Virus record (IMG/VR): IMGVR_UViG_3300025853_009406
Span: 32,001 to 96,000 of that record
Direction: 5' to 3' (one strand)
Origin: a virus
DNA length: 64,000 nucleotides
Positions 45,045 through 54,717 of the stretch are shown piece after piece. A program made the translations under genes and the position numbers. Position 1 is the stretch's first letter; every line of letters starts with the position of its first letter. The notes under the pieces were generated by a model, which was given only the letters and a program-made list of their open reading frames with translations, did not search any database and was not told the DNA's origin.

Positions 45045-45569
45045 TCAAGTAGCGAAAATTTGAATAGTACATCTAAAATCTTTTGCATGGGGTGATATTG
45101 GTGTCACCATATGTAATTGTTTTTCATCATTTATAATGATCATATTTTCTTCTGGTACAACACATCTGAACATATCAATTTCACATTGTTCATCTTCTTC
45201 ACTTTTCCACATAAAAAGACCACCATCATATGTCTCACTCGTATTCAGATATAGAGTAGCACCAAATATATAATCATGATCATTGTGATCAGAAATAGCA
45301 GAATAAGAATCCCAAATATAATATTGAAATGCCAAAGAATTGTAAGTATAATTTTTAAAAATTACAGATAACTCTTCTTCTAGTTTTTCAACTATAGATT
45401 TATCTGTAATTGGTGTCATCATACATGGACCATCAATATTTTTTAATAAACTAGGTTCCCATCTGAAAGAACTAGATCCCCATACGTTTTCTTTTACTTT
45501 ATTTGATATTAAATCTGTTTTACATGCATCCAGAAGTTGATCACTTAAAACATCAATAAAAATTTTCAT
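45045..45569 (-). CDS. 2OG-Fe(II) oxygenase
   Basis: HxD (HND), TLYLN, GGLF, distal H, RxT. Confidence 0.85.
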   Translation of the reverse strand: MKIFIDVLSDQLLDACKTDLISNKVKENVWGSSSFRWEPSLLKNIDGPCMMTPITDKSIVEKLEEELSVIFKNYTYNSLAFQYYIWDSYSAISDHNDHDYIFGATLYLNTSETYDGGLFMWKSEEDEQCEIDMFRCVVPEENMIIINDEKQLHMVTPISPHAKDFRCTIQIFAT

Positions 45570-45760
45570 TTGTTTTCTTCTGAAAGAAATTCATCAATCT
45601 GCTCATCAATATCATTAATTACATTACGAATTTCTACAATTCGTGGTGGAACATACTTAGGATCATAAGTATATCCTTTGGTATCAGTAAAAAGTGATGC
45701 ACGAACTGCTGCTGCCTGATATACAGACAGTTCTAATGTTACTTTCTTTTCTTCACTCAC
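45566..45760 (-). CDS. hypothetical protein
   Basis: GTG start overlapping the upstream stop. Confidence 0.6.
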   Translation of the reverse strand: MSEEKKVTLELSVYQAAAVRASLFTDTKGYTYDPKYVPPRIVEIRNVINDIDEQIDEFLSEENK

Positions 45761-45918
45761 AGGTCTACCCCCTTCACTTTCCAATCTGGGTCAAATTCTT
45801 TTCTTGCTTTGGACAAAACTTCAATCTTTTCTTTCAGTTCCTCTTCCGAATCTGCTTCAACAACCCAATCAGTAATACCTAAATTGGGGAGATTGATAGT
45901 TGCTGATACTTTACTCAC
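45757..45918 (-). CDS. hypothetical protein (53 aa)
   Basis: Manual translation from GTG; GTGA overlaps at both ends. Confidence 0.45.
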   Translation of the reverse strand: MSKVSATINLPNLGITDWVVEADSEEELKEKIEVLSKARKEFDPDWKVKGVDL

Positions 45919-46322
45919 AGGTCTCCCTCCGCACGATTTTCAGAATAGTATACATCAAATGCACCACCAGGATATCGTGCTTCAAGTTTCTTGACATTAC
46001 GTGCAATCACTTCGTCAAAAGAAACTTCAAGTGCCATACATGCCTGAGCAGCATACCACATAAGGTCACCAAGTTCAATAATCATGTGCTCACGATTATC
46101 TTCGTTGAACGGTTTACCTTGAAAAATCATCTTCTTAATGATCTCAAGAAACTCACCACCTTCGGCATTGATACCTACACCAGCAGTCAGAAGACGTTCG
46201 ATGTTTGCACCTTTCTCATCGAGTTCAACCAAGCGATCAGAAAGTGCCACAAAGTCTGTAGATGCTTCAGAAGTAACCGCATCTACAAATTTTTCGTAAC
46301 GTTGAAAGTCAATTTTAGTCAT
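45915..46322 (-). CDS. mazG: MazG nucleoside triphosphate pyrophosphohydrolase
   Basis: EGGEFLEIIKK, ELGDLMWY, N..KL..RYP. Confidence 0.93.
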   Translation of the reverse strand: MTKIDFQRYEKFVDAVTSEASTDFVALSDRLVELDEKGANIERLLTAGVGINAEGGEFLEIIKKMIFQGKPFNEDNREHMIIELGDLMWYAAQACMALEVSFDEVIARNVKKLEARYPGGAFDVYYSENRAEGDL

Positions 46323-46636
46323 ACTTCAAAAGGTTGTTGTTGATTTTGTTTCAGTTGTTTTAGTTTTGGGGAAGGGAACATCTCATCAAATTCTTCTTCA
46401 GAAACGTTTTTCCAAGAACCACCGACACCACCGTTCATATTGACGACAATATCACTAGTTGGAAGTTGTTTATTGTTGGCAATATCAATTATATCACCAG
46501 GAAGAGGATTGAACATAAAGTAGTGTCCATCCCATCTTCGATTTCTCATATTCATGAGATTGACTGCATCTCTTTCGATGCCACAGTCAACAATTTTTTC
46601 CCCTTTAGGATTAAATACAGAATAATAACCGTTCAT
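46319..46636 (-). CDS. hypothetical protein
   Basis: ORF coupled to mazG. Confidence 0.6.
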   Translation of the reverse strand: MNGYYSVFNPKGEKIVDCGIERDAVNLMNMRNRRWDGHYFMFNPLPGDIIDIANNKQLPTSDIVVNMNGGVGGSWKNVSEEEFDEMFPSPKLKQLKQNQQQPFEV

Positions 46637-46681
46637 ATTATGTTATTTTCTTTTAAATTTTAATTCCTTTTGTACTATTTG

Positions 46682-47257
46682 TCAACTAATTTGATGTATC
46701 CAACAATATTCAGATACATCAAATTGTTTTATTTTTTCATTAACTGCAGGATAAACACCACAGGAATCTTTATCATCAGGATTATAATCATGACCAGCTA
46801 AGATTCCTCCAATTTTTACTTTTGGTTTCCAATAATCTATATCATTACAAACGTCATCATATTCATGAGAAGCATCTAAAAATACAAAATCTAAACTTTT
46901 ATCTTCAAAATGAGTAGATGCTTCCAAAGAAGACATTCTGAGAGGAGTATAATACTTTTCAACTGGTTTCATATTATTTAAAAAAGTATTATATAACATA
47001 TGAATATTTGGTTCATATGCATGATGATTTCTATCATAATGCTCTCTACTCCCCAACCAATGGTCAACGCAATAAAATTGAATATCTTTGTTGGAATTAG
47101 CAATTTCCACTGCCATAAACGAAGAAGATTTTCCTTTCCAGGATCCAACTTCAACAAATTTACTGCCAGATGAAAATTTTTCAACTACAGATTTATATAA
47201 ATTTGGATAAGAAAACCAATGTTGTCCAAAGTTTGAATTTTGATAGATATGATCCAT
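46682..47257 (-). CDS. class I SAM methyltransferase (Methyltransf_24-like)
   Basis: VEVGSWKGKS, DFVFLDASHEY, GGILAGHDY. Confidence 0.88.
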   Translation of the reverse strand: MDHIYQNSNFGQHWFSYPNLYKSVVEKFSSGSKFVEVGSWKGKSSSFMAVEIANSNKDIQFYCVDHWLGSREHYDRNHHAYEPNIHMLYNTFLNNMKPVEKYYTPLRMSSLEASTHFEDKSLDFVFLDASHEYDDVCNDIDYWKPKVKIGGILAGHDYNPDDKDSCGVYPAVNEKIKQFDVSEYCWIHQIS

Positions 47258-47259
47258 TA

Positions 47260-48633
47260 TTAAAATTTAAATCCGTCGAATGTTTTTTTAGGTTTATCTT
47301 CATATGTATACTCTTCTTCTTTGCCAGAATCAAGTATATCTTCCTGTGCAGTTTGCTCACAATCATATAAGCGCATCTTGGCACGATCAATACCAACAAT
47401 AAATCTCTTATTAATAGAAATATCATTGTATCGATTCTTCAACTGCTTCACCATTATCTGACCAAGTTGTTCAAGTTCCTCAGTGCTAATAAGGGCAAAC
47501 ATAAGATCAGCAGTAGCAGGGAGACCAAAGGACTCAGAAGTGTCAGTAAGGTCAACGTCACTGCTGCCATAACCAGAACGAGTGGTCTGGGTGGCAGATA
47601 CGATAGGGACCTCGGCTTCGACAGCCAACCCTCTAAGCTCCTCTGCAATAGATTTAATATAGCTATATGAATTGATAGAGCCGTTCTGCCTATAGCGGGA
47701 GGAAGCACATATATTAAGGTAATCAATGAAAATAATATCAGGTCTAAATGACTTCTTAAGTGCAAGTTCATTAAGAAGTGCCTTAAAGTGTCCACTGTGT
47801 GCGCTAGCAGTCGGATACTCTTTAATTATAAGAGTTCCTTGAGTCTTTGCTGCTAACTTAGTTACTTTGTTTTCAAACGAAGACCTGGGAAGATCAGTAA
47901 GATCTTGAATGGGTACGTTGAGCAAGTTTGCATCAATACGCTCAGCAATTTTCTCTTCTGCCATCTCCATTGTAATGTATAGCACGTTACGTCCACTAAG
48001 CAAAACGGAGCTAGCCATATGGCACATGAACAAAGACTTACCGACACCTGTCCCAGCAAGAGCGACATTAAGAGTCTTGTTAGGAAGACCACCTTTCGTA
48101 ATCTTGTTGAAATACTCAAGATCAAAAGGAATACGGTCTTCTTTCCTGTGGTAAGAATCGTATCTTGCTTCATAATCATTTAGATAGTCATGACCAATAT
48201 GGTTGTCAAAAGATACTGCCAGAGCATCTGAAAGAATGCTTGGAATTGCATCCCGATTCTTTTTATCATCTTGCCCATCAGCAATGCTGATAGATTCCAT
48301 CAAAGCAAGATAAATCGCACGATCACGGCACCACTTCTCAGTAGTATCTAGCAGCCATTGATGATCTACAGGAGAGTCATTGAAAGAATTACAAACATCT
48401 CTAGTCTCTTTAATTTCAGTCTCGTTTAGATCTGTTCTATTCTCAACCTCAATATTTAATGCTTCGGTTGTAATTGCAGATCCATACTTAACAATGAACT
48501 GAGTAATCTCCTCAAAGATCACTTTTTCAGATCGTTGTTCAAAATATGATGGTTCAATAAATGGAATAACTTTACGAGAATATTCCTCATTGTGTATTAA
48601 ATTTTTGAGAATAGTAGTCTCAATTCGTTCCAT
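47260..48633 (-). CDS. gp41: replicative DNA helicase (gp41)
   Basis: AGTGVGKS, IKEYPT, IDYLNIC, SESFGLPATAD, KQLKNRY. Confidence 0.97.
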   Translation of the reverse strand: MERIETTILKNLIHNEEYSRKVIPFIEPSYFEQRSEKVIFEEITQFIVKYGSAITTEALNIEVENRTDLNETEIKETRDVCNSFNDSPVDHQWLLDTTEKWCRDRAIYLALMESISIADGQDDKKNRDAIPSILSDALAVSFDNHIGHDYLNDYEARYDSYHRKEDRIPFDLEYFNKITKGGLPNKTLNVALAGTGVGKSLFMCHMASSVLLSGRNVLYITMEMAEEKIAERIDANLLNVPIQDLTDLPRSSFENKVTKLAAKTQGTLIIKEYPTASAHSGHFKALLNELALKKSFRPDIIFIDYLNICASSRYRQNGSINSYSYIKSIAEELRGLAVEAEVPIVSATQTTRSGYGSSDVDLTDTSESFGLPATADLMFALISTEELEQLGQIMVKQLKNRYNDISINKRFIVGIDRAKMRLYDCEQTAQEDILDSGKEEEYTYEDKPKKTFDGFKF

Positions 48634-49627
48634 AAGAGAATTCGTTTTTTGCAATCTCATCAAGTTTTAACATCACTTCTTCAGTGAAATATGTTTCTGG
48701 ATCTTTCAAGATTTGTTTTGCATAGATTTTTTTACCATCTATTTCATATCTACCAGCAACGTTTTTCCAAAGTCCGCCAATCTCACCAAGTTCAAGAAGA
48801 CCATAATATCGATCAAGACCACGCTCATCGTAATAAAGACGCACCGTAACATCCTTGTTCTCCTTGCTTAAACGCGACTTAGCAGTCTTTGCCTTAATAA
48901 GATTTCCGACAATTTCTGTTCCGTCTTTTTCTTTTTTCTTGCTGAGATAAATGATGGTACTGGCAGCATACTTAAGACCAGAACCACCGCCCATCTCTTT
49001 AGTAGGAACGTAAGCACCAATGACATCGTAGGTGTGGTTGGTAACAATCATAGGAATATTAGCCTGCCCCAACTTCAATGTCAACATCCTGAAAGCACCT
49101 TTGATAAGTTGAGATTTCGTCATGTCACGAACCTGCTTATCATTCAGAGCATCATTAATTTCCTTTTCCGTTGAAAGCATTCCTAGAGAGTCTAAGACAA
49201 ACATGCAGGGTTTGCGCTCATCTTCAGGTTTTTTTAAGTAAATATCAACTGCCTTGAGTGCCTTGGTACGGAACTCTTCAACAGTCACAACATTAACAAC
49301 AACAGTCCTCTCAAGATCTACCCCACGACTTGCGAGTAGAGACTTATTAACAGCGGCTTCAGTGTCAAAATATAGGCAATACCCATCAGGGTTAGAATCC
49401 AAAAAGTTCTTGACGACAGCAAGGGAGAAAAAAGTTTTTCCAGTGCTAGACTCGCCAGCAATGGCAGTAATCTTATTCCCAGATACACCACCAAATATAG
49501 ACCCTGAAACAAGTCCATTAAAAATGTAAGAACCTGTGTCAACATAAGTTTCAGTTTCATCAATATCTGATGCGAGTTTTGTATACTCATCTCCAATTTC
49601 TTTTACAATATCTTTAAGAAAGTCCAT
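48620..49627 (-). CDS. uvsX: RecA-like recombinase UvsX
   Basis: GESSTGKT, FDTE, LDSLG, NHTY, MGGGSG. Confidence 0.96.
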   Translation of the reverse strand: MDFLKDIVKEIGDEYTKLASDIDETETYVDTGSYIFNGLVSGSIFGGVSGNKITAIAGESSTGKTFFSLAVVKNFLDSNPDGYCLYFDTEAAVNKSLLASRGVDLERTVVVNVVTVEEFRTKALKAVDIYLKKPEDERKPCMFVLDSLGMLSTEKEINDALNDKQVRDMTKSQLIKGAFRMLTLKLGQANIPMIVTNHTYDVIGAYVPTKEMGGGSGLKYAASTIIYLSKKKEKDGTEIVGNLIKAKTAKSRLSKENKDVTVRLYYDERGLDRYYGLLELGEIGGLWKNVAGRYEIDGKKIYAKQILKDPETYFTEEVMLKLDEIAKNEFSYGTN

Positions 49628-49784
49628 AATCTTTGTTTCTGTAGTTCATTTTCCAACACCAAAACTTCCAATAAAGTTTTGTTTCATCACCATTCCTTTT
49701 TAATGAGTCCATCAAACATTGCAACTCACTATCTGACAAATCATTAGGAGTCCAATAATGATTCTTTTTAGACGACCATGCCAT
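49614..49784 (-). CDS. small hypothetical protein (56 aa)
   Basis: Manual translation MAWSSKKNHYWTPNDLSDSELQCLMDSLKRNGDETKLYWK... Confidence 0.45.
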   Translation of the reverse strand: MAWSSKKNHYWTPNDLSDSELQCLMDSLKRNGDETKLYWKFWCWKMNYRNKDYGLS

Positions 49785-49938
49785 ACTGCTCCCTTAGAAT
49801 TTTTTTATAAGATCCACCAGGGTTTTCTTCACGGATCTCTTTCACAATCTTTAACTTTTGATATAGTGATGTATCTCCACCTAGACGGAGAGCATTCACG
49901 ATCGTAGCAAGTTCTTTATCAGTAATAGGAAGTTCCAT
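49768..49938 (-). CDS. small hypothetical protein (56 aa)
   Basis: Manual translation MELPITDKELATIVNALRLGGDTSLYQKLK... Confidence 0.55.
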   Translation of the reverse strand: MELPITDKELATIVNALRLGGDTSLYQKLKIVKEIREENPGGSYKKILREQYGMVV

Positions 49939-50136
49939 TTATTCCCAACGTAAGGTCTTAAGGTATTCTAGCACATTTTTACGAACATCCATCAACTCAT
50001 GATAACATCTTTGATTGTGAGCACACTGTCTAAGTGCAGAATCTGGTTTATGAACCGATTCAATGAAAATATCAAGTCCTCTATTCCATTTATCTTGTTT
50101 TGATTCTCCATCATCAATTACATACTTATCATTCAT
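49939..50136 (-). CDS. hypothetical protein
   Basis: ORF coupled to the gp43 stop. Confidence 0.65.
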   Translation of the reverse strand: MNDKYVIDDGESKQDKWNRGLDIFIESVHKPDSALRQCAHNQRCYHELMDVRKNVLEYLKTLRWE

Positions 50137-52634
50137 AAGAAAAATTCCTCCAAGTTAATTTTTTTCTCAATATTCCACCCAATAGCATCAAGTATTGCCT
50201 TAAGTGGTTCTACAAAACTTTTTTCAAATTGTAGATCATAATCAATATATTGTTCAAGATTAAGCTCTTTAGGAAAATCTTGAATAAAAGAGATAATATT
50301 CTCTTGTATAATATTTGGTTTTTTTAAATAGATAAATTTAATTTTCTCACCATTGTTAATTAATGAATACTTTTTATCCAACTTATTTTGCTTAATATAA
50401 TGATTAAACAATAAAGCTCCGCGACAATGAATGGGAGTACCCTTTATATAGATATCAGAAGATGAATGGTATTTACGAATATCAGAAGCTGTTCTTGGAA
50501 AAGCGATAGATTCTGGTGGAAGTTCTTTAAATTCTTGACGACACTTATCAATAAAATTAATTACGTCATCTTCAGTTCCATTCATCATCAACTTGAGTCC
50601 ATCTTTAATCATCTTCCGACATGGTGCAGGAGTAGATGATTTAACTGCCTCAATACCCATCATCTTGAGTTTGGGTTCATTATATTGAACTCCCTCACTA
50701 TTCCATACGTTCAGAATGTATCGCTTCTTAGCAGTCCAGATACCACGTTCTGCGATGTTCTCACGCTTCATGATCATTTTTTGTTCATATGCCTGAACAT
50801 AATTCGCAAGTTCCTGATAAGATTGTTCGATGAATGGTTCCAACTTATCTTGACAGATCTTATCAAGTAGCGAAACAACTGCTGTTTTATCACCAGACTT
50901 GTTACTAAGAAATTTATCAACAAGAGGTCCCATATTAAGATAGATTGAATCGGTGTCAGATGCAATGACATAATCCTCACCATCCGTTTGCAAAATCTTA
51001 TTTAGATATCCATTCATCCTGTTCTCAATCCAGCGGATTGAAACCTGCCCAGAAAGAGTAATTGCTTCAGCATTAGCAAGTTTAAAATATCGAAAATACT
51101 GATTACCAATAGCACCATAGGCAGAGTTCAGTTGAATCTTACGCGCCATCTGGATATTATTGCATCGAGAAATTTCTTTTTCGAGTGCTTTAGATGGATT
51201 TTTTTCATAATCTTGCTTTGCCTGAAGCATTTTCTTTTTAAAGATAGTTCTATCTTTATAAATCTTTTCCATCAGTTCTGGCAGAAATCCACGAACATCC
51301 TTCCGATACATGGCACCATTGGCACATACCGCGTTGTCCTTATACATCTCAAAAGTCAGTTCTTCATTAAGTATCTTATCAACGGTAGCACTTGGATGTC
51401 TGATATCCTGTAAAGTCTCTGGCGAGATGTTGTACTGCATAATGAGATGAGGATACAGGCTGTTAAGGTCAAAACTAACAACCCAATCATACTTTCCTGG
51501 AATCGGTTCCTTGACATACGCTCCCGCATATTTGGAGTCTTTATCAGAACGTACTTTTGGTGGGATAGCAATTTTTCTATCCTTTAAATAGTTATAAATG
51601 ATAGTATCCCACATTCGCACTTGTGAAAACACATCTTCATAATTAGCTTTTGCGTCATATGCAAGAGTTAATGCCAAATCAATGAGTTTCATTTTGTCTT
51701 CCATGCGGTCAACAAGTTCCACGTCAATGATATTGTACTCTACAAATTTTTGCCACCCCTTTGTATAAAAATCTTTAAATGTATCAAACTCGGAGTGATC
51801 CAGTTTTTTCTGTCCAAGTTCTACACTCGCAATGTAGTCCAAACGATAAGATTCCTGCGCTTTATAAGTAAACTTCTTATAAAGATCCAAATAGTCGAGT
51901 TGAGAAACTCCACCAACATCGTATGAAATATTTTTACGACCAGAAATATAAACCTCCTGCTCTGTAATCAATCCCCATGGAGAAATTCTTTTCATAAGTT
52001 TCTCGCCAAGAATGCGTTCAATTCTACGAACAAGATATGGAATATCATAAAGTTTACTATTCCACCCAGTAATAACTTCGGGAGTATTTCCCTCAATCAT
52101 CCACCAATTGATAAAGTCATTCAGCAATTCATATTCAGTTCTAAATCCTTTGTAAGTAACATTTTGTTGCTTATTATTAAAAGGTCCAAGACCCCAGGTT
52201 CTGATCTGCTTCGTAGCATAATCCTGAATTGTAATCAACAACACCTCTTCAGCAGCAGATTCCACATCAGGGAATCCATTCTCTGATGCAACCTCAATGT
52301 CGAGGGTTACTACTTTAATTTTACTAATATCAAATTTAATTTCATCTTCTGGATACATTTCAGAAATGTACTGATAAATGTATCCTGTATTTCCATAAAC
52401 TTTAAAATTTTCAACCCCATCATATTTTTTAATGAATTCACGAGTCTCTCTTACAGTTCCAGGATTAATTGGATCAACGTACTCACCATTCAAAGTTGTA
52501 TATTCTGTTTGCTTATTGGAAGGCACAAAAAGAGTCGGAAAAAACTTCTCTCGGGTTGCAAAATGTTTTCCATTTTCATAACCTCGGACCAAGAAGTGAT
52601 CTCCGACCATTTGAACATTAGTATAAAAACGCAT
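50133..52634 (-). CDS. gp43: family B DNA polymerase (gp43)
   Basis: DIEV exonuclease motif, SFDLNSLYP, KIQLNSAYG, SDTDS, KKRY. Confidence 0.98.
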   Translation of the reverse strand: MRFYTNVQMVGDHFLVRGYENGKHFATREKFFPTLFVPSNKQTEYTTLNGEYVDPINPGTVRETREFIKKYDGVENFKVYGNTGYIYQYISEMYPEDEIKFDISKIKVVTLDIEVASENGFPDVESAAEEVLLITIQDYATKQIRTWGLGPFNNKQQNVTYKGFRTEYELLNDFINWWMIEGNTPEVITGWNSKLYDIPYLVRRIERILGEKLMKRISPWGLITEQEVYISGRKNISYDVGGVSQLDYLDLYKKFTYKAQESYRLDYIASVELGQKKLDHSEFDTFKDFYTKGWQKFVEYNIIDVELVDRMEDKMKLIDLALTLAYDAKANYEDVFSQVRMWDTIIYNYLKDRKIAIPPKVRSDKDSKYAGAYVKEPIPGKYDWVVSFDLNSLYPHLIMQYNISPETLQDIRHPSATVDKILNEELTFEMYKDNAVCANGAMYRKDVRGFLPELMEKIYKDRTIFKKKMLQAKQDYEKNPSKALEKEISRCNNIQMARKIQLNSAYGAIGNQYFRYFKLANAEAITLSGQVSIRWIENRMNGYLNKILQTDGEDYVIASDTDSIYLNMGPLVDKFLSNKSGDKTAVVSLLDKICQDKLEPFIEQSYQELANYVQAYEQKMIMKRENIAERGIWTAKKRYILNVWNSEGVQYNEPKLKMMGIEAVKSSTPAPCRKMIKDGLKLMMNGTEDDVINFIDKCRQEFKELPPESIAFPRTASDIRKYHSSSDIYIKGTPIHCRGALLFNHYIKQNKLDKKYSLINNGEKIKFIYLKKPNIIQENIISFIQDFPKELNLEQYIDYDLQFEKSFVEPLKAILDAIGWNIEKKINLEEFFL

Positions 52635-52912
52635 TAGGAAATAATATCAATATATTTTGTTAAAATGTCTTTGTTGGGATCAATAATTGTTAAAACACTA
52701 TCAGAACTAATCAACATAGTGTCTTGAGATGTATATTCTGATAACCATGGTGTTAAGTAAATACTATCTCCATTTTTATGGACTTCACATGGTTTTATCA
52801 GTTTACAATTAGGTTCACCAAGTTCAACATCAACTTCTTCAACCTGAGATACAATAGCACAATTTTCTCTAAGAATCAAACACTTAATTGTTGCTTCCAT
52901 TTCATTCCTCAC
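52634..52912 (-). CDS. hypothetical protein
   Basis: ORF; similar beta pattern to 52902-53207. Confidence 0.65.
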   Translation of the reverse strand: MRNEMEATIKCLILRENCAIVSQVEEVDVELGEPNCKLIKPCEVHKNGDSIYLTPWLSEYTSQDTMLISSDSVLTIIDPNKDILTKYIDIIS

Positions 52913-53207
52913 CTTCGGTTTGATTCAGAGGTTCATACATTTTCACCAATGATTCTACGGGATCTACAATTGTTACGACCCAATCAAAAGGAATGATCAT
53001 TTGAGTATCTTTTGAAAGAATCATCCATCGTGAAAGAGAAACATTCACAACACTTTCTTTTTCTGCTTCATTAAGAACGGGAGATTCGTAAGTAACTCGT
53101 TGTGGATTTGTGAAAAGATATCCAAATAGTTCATCTTCTTTTTGAACTTCTTTAATATCACTGATAACAGTTTCACCAGATTTGAGCAAAATCAACTTAA
53201 CGGACAT
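52902..53207 (-). CDS. hypothetical protein (Sm-like pattern)
   Basis: KLILLKSGETVIS N-terminus. Confidence 0.65.
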   Translation of the reverse strand: MSVKLILLKSGETVISDIKEVQKEDELFGYLFTNPQRVTYESPVLNEAEKESVVNVSLSRWMILSKDTQMIIPFDWVVTIVDPVESLVKMYEPLNQTEGEE

Positions 53208-53250
53208 TTTTTATCAATAAAGACTAGTAGTATATATGCATCTTAGCAAT

Positions 53251-53292
53251 AAAAAGGAGGGGTGTCAACTGGATTGTGCCAGTTACCCCTCC
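53251..53292 (-). terminator. terminator after hsp20, overlapping a sigma70-like promoter
   Basis: GGAGGGGU-AACUGG...CCAGUU-GACACCCCUCC-UUUUU; TTGACA-N17-TAAGAT. Confidence 0.75.
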
Positions 53293-53356
53293 GTCTGCGA
53301 CGACGATATTCAATTTTATTTATCAAAGACCCAGATAGCAGAATTTAGTGAGGATA

Positions 53357-53791
53357 TCAGAACCAATCCTTTCTTTTATGATGATCAGGTACAATTCTAC
53401 CGAGAGTTACACTCAGAAGCCCATCCTCAAAGCTAACTGATCTAACTTCCGTCTCGTCACTGAGGGTCCATGCTCTAGTGAAAGATCTTTGAGCCACTCC
53501 TCTATGGATGTAATCTGTTCCAGTTTCTTTGTCCTCTTTTTGTCCTTCGACAAAGAGTTTACCATCTTGTGTGTAGACATTGACTTCTTTCTTTTTGAAT
53601 CCTGCTAGTGCTAGTTCAAGTCTAGATTCTACGTTACTAACTTGAACTAAATTGTATGGTGGATAGTTTTTCGTCGTTTCATGCAGATTAAACAGACGAT
53701 CAAAGTATTCATCCATACCGATGCTATTCTTATTTATACGATCCATGAGCGCAGGAAGATCTGCAGCAGTATACCTTGTGAGGTTAGTCAT
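53357..53791 (-). CDS. hsp20: small heat shock protein
   Basis: YPPYN, LAGF, HRGVAQRSF, DGLL. Confidence 0.95.
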   Translation of the reverse strand: MTNLTRYTAADLPALMDRINKNSIGMDEYFDRLFNLHETTKNYPPYNLVQVSNVESRLELALAGFKKKEVNVYTQDGKLFVEGQKEDKETGTDYIHRGVAQRSFTRAWTLSDETEVRSVSFEDGLLSVTLGRIVPDHHKRKDWF

Positions 53792-53799
53792 TATTGTAG

Positions 53800-53844
53800 C
53801 TCCTTAAAAAGCGAGTTTGTATTTTGTGGACCCTTACGGCATCC
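53800..53844 (-). promoter_or_regulatory. ROSE-like structured 5' leader of hsp20
   Basis: CUCGCUU pairs with AAGGAG (SD) leaving a bulged G; upstream GGAUGCC-GUAA-GGGUCC hairpin. Confidence 0.55.
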
Positions 53845-53869
53845 ATAAGTATATATTAACACAAGTCAT

Positions 53870-53893
53870 AAAAAACGGGGTGTAGAACCCCGT
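53870..53893 (-). terminator. intrinsic terminator after regA
   Basis: ACGGGG-UUCUACA-CCCCGU-UUUUU. Confidence 0.8.
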
Positions 53894-53899
53894 AATTTT

Positions 53900-54340
53900 T
53901 TATTCGGTTTCTTCAACCTTTTTTTTCTTAGATCCAATATTATATTTTGTCTCTAATATCCAATCGGATTTATCTTTATATGCAAGAACTTTAATCTGAT
54001 TCAGAGGAGCAATATCTTGAATTTTAGACACATCTACAATACCAATGAGCCCCCAATCAGCAAGCAGTTGAGCAATACGGTTACGACGTTGGACATCATT
54101 CTGGGTCAGATTTGCATATTTACCATCTAAAGCAAACAATTCTTTAAAATGGACTAAAAAATATCTACCTTGCTTGTGCAGAATATGACAACTTTGATAG
54201 ATTTTTTTCTCCTTTCTTGATGCAACACCAATTCTTGTTAATGTTTCACGAACTTTTAGAAAATCATCTGGTTCATTCAGAATCACTTCTACCATTTGAT
54301 CAGGCGACCATTTTACCTCAGTTTCTTGAACCACACTCAT
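53900..54340 (-). CDS. regA: translational repressor RegA
   Basis: DFLKVRETLTRIG, QSCHILHKQG, HFKELF. Confidence 0.96.
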   Translation of the reverse strand: MSVVQETEVKWSPDQMVEVILNEPDDFLKVRETLTRIGVASRKEKKIYQSCHILHKQGRYFLVHFKELFALDGKYANLTQNDVQRRNRIAQLLADWGLIGIVDVSKIQDIAPLNQIKVLAYKDKSDWILETKYNIGSKKKKVEETE

Positions 54341-54717
54341 CTTTTTCCTCCAGTATCAAATTTTGATTTAATAAAATTAAGTTGTTCTTGGGTAAGAATT
54401 TTCAAAGCCTGCTTTGCCTTTTCATTACTATATCCATAATAACGTTTGACATAATCAAGATCTTTGATCTTATCTTGTCGGATCCAGGGAGAAAATCTCT
54501 TCTTTTTCCTAACGATATTTATAAGAAAATCATATTGAAGTTTCTTAGGAAGAAAGTGATACTTATTCATTTCATTTGCGAAGATGATAGTATCAATGTG
54601 ACCAGAAAAACAACGATTAATAATATAAGGAGGATATTCCTTCTCGGTAGAGGGATCTTCTTCAATTAGATGTTTCTTTGTCTGATTGATACTGTTCAAC
54701 CAATCCTTCAATTCCAT
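54337..54717 (-). CDS. gp62: clamp loader small subunit (gp62)
   Basis: YIINR, ANEMN, RKKKRFSPW, YYGYS..KA; synteny. Confidence 0.92.
   Translation of the reverse strand: MELKDWLNSINQTKKHLIEEDPSTEKEYPPYIINRCFSGHIDTIIFANEMNKYHFLPKKLQYDFLINIVRKKKRFSPWIRQDKIKDLDYVKRYYGYSNEKAKQALKILTQEQLNFIKSKFDTGGKR

Noticed and set aside
32909-52634. Possible introns or inteins in nrdA, nrdB, gp41, uvsX, gp43
   Set aside because: All are uninterrupted and of ordinary length
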